In this document: piece by piece, positions 57,428 to 64,000 of the stretch
Position numbering within the stretch: position 1 is the first letter of the stretch
How the letters are laid out: each line of letters starts with the position of its first letter
Assembly (NCBI GenBank): GCA_050250375.1
Contig: JBFWOS010000001.1
Location: 91,346-155,345, forward strand
DNA from: Candidatus Omnitrophota bacterium
GTDB lineage: Bacteria; Omnitrophota; Gorgyraeia; Zapsychrales; Zapsychraceae
DNA length: 64,000 bases
Direction: 5' to 3'
Position numbers and translations under genes: made by a program
The notes under the pieces: model-generated
Databases searched by the model: none
What the model saw: the letters and a program-made list of their open reading frames with translations, nothing else
What the model was told of the DNA's origin: nothing

Positions 57428-57496
57428 CTATTTGCCTTTTTTGGCTGCTTTCTGATTACTTTTTTTACCTTTTGATTTTGGACTTTTGTCACCCAT
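57428..57496 (-). CDS. Candidate 22-codon Lys-rich small ORF (MGDKSPKSKGKKSNQKAAKKGK)
   Basis: AAAGGAGGAA sits exactly 6 nt upstream of the ATG. ORF is too short to score statistically. Confidence 0.3.
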   Translation of the reverse strand: MGDKSPKSKGKKSNQKAAKKGK

Positions 57497-57746
57497 GGCG
57501 TTCCTCCTTTTTATCGCGTCTTTTTCCTTAATTAGAAAAATGTTTCGCGAATAATAAATTATGAATTAATGAATAATTTCCCGGAGTCAATCGCTGTTGT
57601 CAATACGTGCACTATTTTACAATAAATAAACAGAAATGCTATTTAAATTAATGAGTGATCACTGAAAACCCAAGCCATTTAGTTTTCTTTTTAAACGAAA
57701 TCACTTGGCCAAACCAGCGTTTTGGAAAATTAGCATAACAGTCCAA

Positions 57747-58928
57747 TCACCGATCACTGATCCCTGATCCCTGATCACTTTTTAGCGCTTGGTATTGATA
57801 ATAATTCACCTCAATATTTCCATTAAATAATTTGCGCACCTTGTCCGGCCGGCCGCGGGTGAAAAATTCCGGGAAACGTTTGTCGGATGTTAGAAAATAC
57901 AGGGACCAGCCTTTCTGATTTCTAAACTTTTCATCTAAGGCGTGGTACAGCGGGTTGAGATCCCGGAGGGTGGAAAGCGTAACACCGTACGGCGGATTGG
58001 AGATGACCATACCGGTTTCCAAATCCAGCTGTAAATCACAGGCGTCTTTTGCTTCAAAGACAATATCTTTCTCAACGCCCGCGTTTGCGGCATTCTCCCG
58101 GCAGCATTTGACCAAATCCGGTTCAATGTCATACCCCCTGATCCGCAAACCGCCGGACGGAACAATCCCCTGGCGGGCTTCGTCCCTCGCCGTTGTCCAG
58201 GCCTTGGGATCAATCACCGGCCATTGTTCCGAAATAAACGTGCGGTTCATCCCCGGAGCAATATTACGCGCCAGCATCGCCGCTTCAATTAAAATTGTCC
58301 CGGCCCCGCACATCGGATCGATCAGGAATTGATCTTTTTTCCATCCGCTCAAAACAACCAGCGCCGCCGCCAGGGTCTCCCGGATCGGGGCCTCGCCGGT
58401 CTTCTTTCGGTACCCGCGTTTGTGCAGGCCGTCACCGGATGTATCCAGCGTGATTAAGGCCATATCTTTTAAAATCCCGATGTGGATCGTGAACTCCGGG
58501 CCGGTTTCGGGAAACTCGTTGCGGTTAAACTTTTCTTTCAGCCGTTCAATGATGGCTTTTTTACCGACCGACTGATTGGACCGTACGCTCTCGAGTTTCG
58601 ATTTGACGGAACTCCCGGTGACGGTAATTTTCCCTTCCGGGATCAGCCATTGTTCGAACGGGATCGCCTTGATCCCGTCAAACAATTGGTCGAAATCGCG
58701 CGCCTCAAACTGCCCGAGTTTGACCACGACCCGGTCCGCGCAGCGCAGATGGATGTTCGCTTTGGGGATCTCGTTAATCGTCGCGTCAAATTCGATCTTG
58801 CCGTCAGAACCGGCCGTCGTGAAAAAACCAAGGTCGCGGACTTCCTTTTTAACAAGGGCTTCGAGGCCGAAGGTGGATGTGGCTATGAGCGAAATTTTAG
58901 TCATGAATAAATTCCAGTTACCAATCAA
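57747..58928 (-). CDS. THUMP-domain rRNA methyltransferase, RlmL-like (equivalent to the N-terminal half of RlmKL, m2G)
   Basis: THUMP N-terminal region, SAM motif [14 protein letters not shown], catalytic NPPYG. Confidence 0.8.
   Translation of the reverse strand: MIGNWNLFMTKISLIATSTFGLEALVKKEVRDLGFFTTAGSDGKIEFDATINEIPKANIHLRCADRVVVKLGQFEARDFDQLFDGIKAIPFEQWLIPEGKITVTGSSVKSKLESVRSNQSVGKKAIIERLKEKFNRNEFPETGPEFTIHIGILKDMALITLDTSGDGLHKRGYRKKTGEAPIRETLAAALVVLSGWKKDQFLIDPMCGAGTILIEAAMLARNIAPGMNRTFISEQWPVIDPKAWTTARDEARQGIVPSGGLRIRGYDIEPDLVKCCRENAANAGVEKDIVFEAKDACDLQLDLETGMVISNPPYGVTLSTLRDLNPLYHALDEKFRNQKGWSLYFLTSDKRFPEFFTRGRPDKVRKLFNGNIEVNYYQYQALKSDQGSGISDR
57751..57781. repeat. Right arm of the 31-bp GATC-rich inverted-repeat pair. 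Overlaps the last codons and stop of the RlmL-like gene.
   Basis: cgatcactgatccctgatccctgatcacttt. Its reverse complement matches 54077..54107 with one mismatch. Encodes ...SGISDR-stop. Confidence 0.85.
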
Positions 58929-60462
58929 TCGGATAATAGTCTTTCAGGAATTTTCCGCACCAGTGGGTCCCGGTCAGGATCCCGTGAAAAAACGGATCAC
59001 ACACGCGCGCGGCCCCGTCGACGATGTCCAGCGGCGGTTGAAAATCATGCACCTCCTGCCTCCGTTTGGCAAGGATTATGGGATCTTCGTCCGTCACCCA
59101 GCCCGTGTCCACCGCGTTCATGAATATCCCGCTTTTCGACAAATCCGCGGCCGACGTGTGGGTCAGCATATTCAAAGCGGCCTTGGCCATATTGGTATGC
59201 GGATGACGGGCGGCTTTTTTGTAACGGTGGAACTTGCCTTCCATCGCCGAGACATTCACAATGTGTTTCATCCCGGTGTTGTCGCGTTTCATCATCCCGC
59301 TGAGCCGGTTGCACAGCACAAACGGGGCGATCGCGTTGACCAGCTGGATTTCCAGCATCTCCGCCGTCGGAATATCTCCCAGGGTCAATCGCCAGCTGTT
59401 GGTCGTGCGCAGGTCCACCTGCTGCAGGTCCGCGTCAAGTTTGCCTTCCGGAAAAACCTCCCGGGACGCGAGGGTATGATCATACGCGTAAGGGATCTGC
59501 GACAACTGCGCGCTGGCCAGCATCCCGATCCCGGGTCGCTTGGTGTTCCAGTTCACCGGCAGGGCCGCCTGGTCAATCTGGGTCACGGAAGCCCCCTGCA
59601 TCACCTGCCGTTTGCAGTCATCAAAACGGGAAAGCAGAACACGGGCTTCCCCGGGCAATTCCTGAATGGATTTCAATTCCATCGGGATGAGGTGCGCGTA
59701 AAATCCGGGCGGACGGCGCACGGTCTGCGCGGCGTTATTGATCAAAAGATCCAGCCGGTCGAAATTCTGCTCGACGTACCGGCAAAATATTTCTACGCTC
59801 GGCGTGTGCCGCAGATCCAGGCCGTAGATGTGCAGACGGTCTTTCCAATCCGAGTAATCAGGTTCTTTGGCATATCTCAAGGCCGAGTCGACGGGGAAAC
59901 GCGTTGTCGCGATCACCGTGGCCCCGGCCCTCAGCATCATCATCGTCGACTGGTAACCGATCTTGAGCCTTGAACCGGTGATCACCGCGACCTGTCCATT
60001 CAGAGGCGCGGTCTGAAATCTTTTCTGATAGTTGAATTCCGCGCACACCGGGCACATCTGGTCATAAAAATGATGCAGTTCCAGAAAATCAGCCTTGCAG
60101 ACATAACAATTGCGCGGGGAAATCAGACGTCCCGTCTTTTCCCGGATATGCTCAACGGCGACTTTTTCAGGCGCGGTAAATACCTGTGCCTCACGCGCCC
60201 GGCGGATTCCGGTTGAGGCCCGGGCCTTGCGTTCCTGGTTGACGACCTTCTGCCGTTCGGCCCGCCGCAAATCACTGAGCCTTTTCCGGATCTCTTCTTT
60301 ATCCGGACGGGAGAGTTTGCCGGCCGCCGTCAGAAGCGCCAGCCTTTGTTCATTGGACAACCCGGTCAGCCGTTCCGTATCTTCAAGCAGATGTTCCAGC
60401 ACCCGGATACAAAGGTCGACGTCATCCGAAGAATATTTTTGTGATTGTTGTGTTTCGTCCAT
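58918..60462 (-). CDS. SDR-family oxidoreductase with an ~150-aa N-terminal extension containing a CxxC...CxxC zinc-ribbon-like motif
   Basis: [14 protein letters not shown] (TGxxxGxG-like), NNAAQ, catalytic Y...K. The N-terminal region has CYVC...CPVC. 514 aa. Confidence 0.7.
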   Translation of the reverse strand: MDETQQSQKYSSDDVDLCIRVLEHLLEDTERLTGLSNEQRLALLTAAGKLSRPDKEEIRKRLSDLRRAERQKVVNQERKARASTGIRRAREAQVFTAPEKVAVEHIREKTGRLISPRNCYVCKADFLELHHFYDQMCPVCAEFNYQKRFQTAPLNGQVAVITGSRLKIGYQSTMMMLRAGATVIATTRFPVDSALRYAKEPDYSDWKDRLHIYGLDLRHTPSVEIFCRYVEQNFDRLDLLINNAAQTVRRPPGFYAHLIPMELKSIQELPGEARVLLSRFDDCKRQVMQGASVTQIDQAALPVNWNTKRPGIGMLASAQLSQIPYAYDHTLASREVFPEGKLDADLQQVDLRTTNSWRLTLGDIPTAEMLEIQLVNAIAPFVLCNRLSGMMKRDNTGMKHIVNVSAMEGKFHRYKKAARHPHTNMAKAALNMLTHTSAADLSKSGIFMNAVDTGWVTDEDPIILAKRRQEVHDFQPPLDIVDGAARVCDPFFHGILTGTHWCGKFLKDYYPIDW

Positions 60463-60486
60463 TGTTTACGCTGCTACAAGGTATTT

Positions 60487-61176
60487 CTATTTGTGGTCGG
60501 GGACAACATAAGCCTTCCAGCGACCCTCGGCCCAGTCTTCGGTTTTTTTCATCGCCGCTATCTTAAAGTCAATCACCTGGTTTTTATATTCATCAACGGT
60601 GATGGTCCGGTTCTGGTATTTTTTAAAAAGGTCCTTTTCCTTAATGTAAACCTCTTTCATCAGGATGTAATTCCTCCTGTACCGTTCCCGTGCCCCAGCT
60701 TCCTCGGTCATCATGGCTCCATACCTGGATAACTGATAAACATGATAGATCTCTTGAATCCGGCGCCGGGTGGCCTGGTTAAAATCACCATGAAAAAGCA
60801 ATGTCATCCGGAACCGGTCTTCCATAAAACTTTCTAAATCCGTGTCCGACATCTGATCCAGACGGACCTTTCGGATACACCCGCTGTGTTTGAGCATCCT
60901 GAGATTTTTCTTGCAGTAACCTTTCCAGGGCTCATCAAACGGCTGAATTTGTTCACAGGCGTAAATATACTCCCGCAGAGCCTTATTCCTTTGCGGCCCG
61001 CCCTGGGGATTCCGGTTCAATTCGCGCAGAATCTCATCGAATTTCCGGTGAATAATTGTCCGGCTTTCCAGGATCTTGCCGCCATGATATTCAAACCCCA
61101 TACGACCAGTAAATTTGATGAGATCCGGAGCGTTCAATGCGGCCAAACCACCCGTGAAAAGGACGGTCCCGGTCAA
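60487..61176 (-). CDS. Hypothetical secreted protein, tandem paralog A (229 aa)
   Basis: Signal-like N-terminus. Shares blocks YHG-KILE-RTI, ACEQ-PFD-P-GYC, CIR-VRL-Q, YHV-Q-RY, RYRR and KWK-Y-VP with the next gene. Confidence 0.55.
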   Translation of the reverse strand: MTGTVLFTGGLAALNAPDLIKFTGRMGFEYHGGKILESRTIIHRKFDEILRELNRNPQGGPQRNKALREYIYACEQIQPFDEPWKGYCKKNLRMLKHSGCIRKVRLDQMSDTDLESFMEDRFRMTLLFHGDFNQATRRRIQEIYHVYQLSRYGAMMTEEAGARERYRRNYILMKEVYIKEKDLFKKYQNRTITVDEYKNQVIDFKIAAMKKTEDWAEGRWKAYVVPDHK

Positions 61177-61224
61177 TAAAAGTTTATAAAACTTAATTCT
61201 GGTCAGTTGAATTTTCCTCGCCGA

Positions 61225-61947
61225 TCACTTCTTGGGGACAATATACGATTTCCACTTCCCCTGCGCCCAGTCAGGAGTCTGCTTCATGGCTGAAATCTTC
61301 AGATCAATCACCAATTTCTTGTAAGCATCAATGGTCAGAGACCGCTTGTAATAAGCCTTAAGCCATTCTTTTTCCTTTTGGTACACGTCCTTCATCAGCC
61401 GGTGTGTCCGGCGGTAGTGTTCTCTGGATTCAGGATTGACTTCAGCCCCGCTTTTGTACCGGTAATATTGGTGGACATGGTAAAGGTCTTTAACCCGCAA
61501 GTCCATCGCTTTTTTAAAATCACCGTACACGATAATATTGGTTTGAAATTTTTCCGCCAGGAAATCATACAGTTCCTGATCCGTCAGCTGATTCAGACGG
61601 ACCCGGCGGATACAATCGAAATGCCGGTACACCCTGGAGTTCTGATTGCAATAACCGCGCCGTGGCTGATCAAAAGGAGGAACCTGTTCGCATGCGACAA
61701 CAAATTGGCGCAGCAGTTTTTGCCGCAGGGTCTGTTCCTGGGCCGCCGGATCATTGTTCAGCCGGTACATCAGTTCATCCGCTTTCTGCCGGACAATCGT
61801 CCGCGTTTCCAATATTTTTTGGCCGTGATACTCCGCGCCCTGTTGGCAGACAAACACGGTTAGCTCGGCCGCGTTGAGCGCCGCAACCACCCCGGCCGAT
61901 GTTAAAATACCCGCATAAACCAGATTGAGAAACTTCCGTTGAGACAT
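61225..61947 (-). CDS. Hypothetical secreted protein, tandem paralog B (240 aa)
   Basis: Roughly 40-45% identical to paralog A over the full length. Same conserved Cys positions. Confidence 0.55.
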   Translation of the reverse strand: MSQRKFLNLVYAGILTSAGVVAALNAAELTVFVCQQGAEYHGQKILETRTIVRQKADELMYRLNNDPAAQEQTLRQKLLRQFVVACEQVPPFDQPRRGYCNQNSRVYRHFDCIRRVRLNQLTDQELYDFLAEKFQTNIIVYGDFKKAMDLRVKDLYHVHQYYRYKSGAEVNPESREHYRRTHRLMKDVYQKEKEWLKAYYKRSLTIDAYKKLVIDLKISAMKQTPDWAQGKWKSYIVPKK

Positions 61948-61980
61948 TTATTCACCACCGTGACTGTTCCCTGCAATATC

Positions 61981-62007
61981 GATCCCTGTTCACTGTTCAC
62001 TGTTCAC
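61981..62007. repeat. Variant of the short repeat family (gatccctgttcactgttcactgttcac), overlapping the stop and last codons of the downstream SGNH gene
   Basis: Three TGTTCAC units preceded by GATCCCT, as in the 57751 element. Encodes ...VNSEQ-stop. Confidence 0.75.
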
Positions 62008-63336
62008 TATCTTAACAAACTTTCCCGTTTCTTTATCAAATTTAAATGTCCGCTCCCCCGCGCCCCAATATTCACGTCCGGCCAGAAAACGCATGATCAC
62101 TTCCGCGTAATAGACATTCCCCAGGGCGTTGTAATGGTTGGTCGGGTTTAATAAATTTTCCCGCTTGACGTTCTTTTCAGCAAACTTTGCTTCTAACGCG
62201 CGTTGTGAATCAATGTATTCAACCCGGTCTTTATATTCAAACAGTTTGCGCCGGACGGCTTCGGGCAATTCCGAAAAATTACCCGCACAGAAAAAAATAA
62301 CCTGGCTGTTGTTGGCCCGCGCGACCGACAGGAGGTTGTCCAGCAAAAGGACATTCAGTTGAATATCGTTGTCTTTGTATTCAATTGTTTTTCCCCGGGC
62401 GATATTCGACCAGATCATATATTTGACGACCAAAGCCGTGTTTGAAAATCTGAATAAATCCGAAGACAGGAAACTCTTCTGCGGGTCAAACCCCAGGATT
62501 TTCTCCAGTTGTTCGCGCATGAACGGCCGGTGAAAATAATCAAACGGGGTCACCGCGTGTGTCAATAAATGCCCGTCCTCTTCCCGCAGCTGAACCCGGT
62601 AAAAAGCGGAATGTTTCAGGTTCAGCCGGTTTTCTTTGGACACTTCCGAGACGACTTCGTCCCGAGGTCCCAGAAGAATATAATTGAAGATGACCACATC
62701 CGGGTTGTACCGCAGACCGTCTTTCAAATAACGCAGATAACTCTGGCCCAGCCCGTAACCGGACACGCCGAAATTCAGCACCTCGAGCTGCCCCATGCTT
62801 TTCTCAAGAAAATGCGTCCAGATCGTATGTTCAGGCTGATAATCGCCAAAGACAAACGAATCCCCGAAGGCCGCCACGCGCAGGGTGTCCCGAGGCGGGA
62901 CCAGGCTATAGTTGCGCAGCGCGCGCAATCCCTGGGGCGAACTCTTGTCCGCCAGCCCCTCCTTGACGCCTTCCTTTATATAGAAAATCCGCTGGTCTTT
63001 TTGCAGGTACCGGATATATTCTTTGCCTTTTCCGACCGTATACGACAACTCATTATCCACCGTATAAAAATTATTGGTATGCCCCGGATTGGAGTACATC
63101 GCCTCAACGATCCTGGATTTAATCAAATGATCCAGCGTCTGCTGGTGCCCGATCAGAAAAAAACTTTCCTGCCGGTTGACCAGAAACAGCAAGGCCCCGT
63201 ACGACACCGCCTCGATAAGAAACAGGTTAATGAACAGGATAAAAATTCCGTTGAGGAGTTTGAAGGAACGATTATTTCTTTTGAAAACAAGAAATATCAG
63301 GCATGACCCGAAACTTAGAAATAATATACTCAGCAT
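61990..63336 (-). CDS. Membrane-anchored SGNH/GDSL-like hydrolase-fold protein (448 aa)
   Basis: Two N-terminal TM helices. VAAFGDSFVFG (GDS block I), FGVSGYG (block II) and later conserved blocks. Confidence 0.55.
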   Translation of the reverse strand: MLSILFLSFGSCLIFLVFKRNNRSFKLLNGIFILFINLFLIEAVSYGALLFLVNRQESFFLIGHQQTLDHLIKSRIVEAMYSNPGHTNNFYTVDNELSYTVGKGKEYIRYLQKDQRIFYIKEGVKEGLADKSSPQGLRALRNYSLVPPRDTLRVAAFGDSFVFGDYQPEHTIWTHFLEKSMGQLEVLNFGVSGYGLGQSYLRYLKDGLRYNPDVVIFNYILLGPRDEVVSEVSKENRLNLKHSAFYRVQLREEDGHLLTHAVTPFDYFHRPFMREQLEKILGFDPQKSFLSSDLFRFSNTALVVKYMIWSNIARGKTIEYKDNDIQLNVLLLDNLLSVARANNSQVIFFCAGNFSELPEAVRRKLFEYKDRVEYIDSQRALEAKFAEKNVKRENLLNPTNHYNALGNVYYAEVIMRFLAGREYWGAGERTFKFDKETGKFVKIVNSEQ

Positions 63337-63366
63337 AAAATAGGATCAACAGGGACTCGGGCCCGC

Positions 63367-64000
63367 TTATTTCTCAAACAGCGGGACATATTGTCCGTAT
63401 CCCTCTTTGACCAGGTCCTCTTTGGGAATAAACCGCAGGGCCGCGGAATTCATACAGTACCGCTGGCCGGTGGGAGACGAACGTTCCCCGTCAAACACGT
63501 GGCCCAGATGTGAATCCGCTTCTTTACTGCGAACCTCGGTCCGGAACATGCCGTGACTGTCATCATCCTTCTCGATGACATTCGCCGGTTCAAGCGGTTT
63601 GCTGAAACTCGGCCAGCCGGTCCCGGAATCATATTTATCCAGAGAACTGAACAGCGGTTCCCCGGAGACAACATCCACATAAATCCCATCACGGTGGTTA
63701 TTCCAATATTTGTTACGAAACGCGGGTTCGGTTGAATTTTCCTGGGTGACGGCAAACTGGATCGGCGTCAGTTTTTTCTGCAGGTCGGACTCGCTGTATT
63801 TTTTAAGTGATACTTTCCTCGGCAGCGGGCAGAGATTGGGGGCGTTATTCCAGGTTTTTTCCAGAAATTTTTCCCGTCCTGAACCGGCGCGGTATTTTTT
63901 GTAATCACCGGGTTCTTTCAGGGAATAGTCCTGATGATATTCTTCGGCCGGGTAAAACACGCCGGCTTTAAGGATCTGGGTGACGACCGGTTTTTTAAAC
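63367..64000 (-). CDS. msrAB: Peptide methionine sulfoxide reductase, MsrA-MsrB fusion. 5' end lies beyond the window.
   Basis: Frame stays open to the window edge and reads ...[20 protein letters not shown] (MsrA C-terminus). Then the MsrB domain with [21 protein letters not shown] and RYCMNSAAL. Confidence 0.85.
   Translation of the reverse strand, partial: FKKPVVTQILKAGVFYPAEEYHQDYSLKEPGDYKKYRAGSGREKFLEKTWNNAPNLCPLPRKVSLKKYSESDLQKKLTPIQFAVTQENSTEPAFRNKYWNNHRDGIYVDVVSGEPLFSSLDKYDSGTGWPSFSKPLEPANVIEKDDDSHGMFRTEVRSKEADSHLGHVFDGERSSPTGQRYCMNSAALRFIPKEDLVKEGYGQYVPLFEK

Noticed and set aside
58576-59973. 465-aa stop-free plus-strand ORF
   Set aside because: Entirely antisense to the SDR and RlmL-like genes. 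R/H/G/P/V-rich with no domain signature. A GC-driven open antisense frame.
1-64000. tRNA, rRNA or CRISPR arrays
   Set aside because: Intergenic regions are short and AT-rich. No cloverleaf-like GC-rich ~75-nt segment, no GGTTCGAATCC-type T-loop motif and no regularly spaced direct repeats were seen.

Overview
This 64 kb window looks like a bacterial chromosome segment from a diderm (Gram-negative-type) organism of uncertain lineage (AsmA-family protein, beta-barrel-like outer-membrane protein ending in Phe, Tad/PilT-type ATPases). It is densely coding, and about 58 of roughly 62 genes are on the minus strand. I could not recognise any rRNA, tRNA, CRISPR array, integrase or transposase.

Supported content, in order:
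- Housekeeping start: a 5'-truncated leucyl aminopeptidase (pepA) and citrate synthase.
- One long co-directional operon: HAD hydrolase, nadK, cbiX, mutY, an Rrf2 regulator, cysH (APS-reductase type), cysD, a cysN fused to a degenerate APS-kinase-like domain, and a Com-like zinc-ribbon gene.
- A lower-GC stretch with a Sir2 deacetylase, a Deg/HtrA protease, two giant secreted coiled-coil proteins, a bacterial SET-domain protein, a REC-histidine-kinase hybrid and an outer-membrane protein.
- Nucleases: a DnaQ-like exonuclease, an EEP-family nuclease/phosphatase and exonuclease III (xthA).
- Signalling and motility parts: a PilT ATPase fused to a receiver domain, an HD-GYP regulator, a GGDEF cyclase and a dual-receiver regulator.
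- Two tandem paralogous ATPases, each fusing a ParA/MinD-like (TadZ/CpaE-type) domain to a CpaF/TadA secretion ATPase, with no other Tad components nearby.
- A GT39-like membrane glycosyltransferase fused to an SGNH hydrolase.
- A minus-strand cluster: cupin, secreted haloacid-dehalogenase-like protein, secreted unknown, Cys-rich secreted small protein, AsmA-family protein, membrane GGDEF, membrane-anchored B12-binding radical SAM enzyme.
- Translation and rRNA-modification genes: an ABC-F ATPase, separately encoded RlmK-like and RlmL-like rRNA methyltransferase halves, and a 5'-truncated MsrA-MsrB fusion.

Most noteworthy: the orphan tandem TadZ-TadA fusion ATPases with a separately encoded atypical receiver; the membrane B12-rSAM / AsmA / Cys-rich-protein cluster; a GATC-rich short repeat family (including a 31-bp inverted pair 3.6 kb apart) that repeatedly supplies the last codons and stop codon of genes; and a 22-codon Lys-rich ORF with a perfect Shine-Dalgarno.

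All calls rest on motifs read from the translations. No database searches were run.
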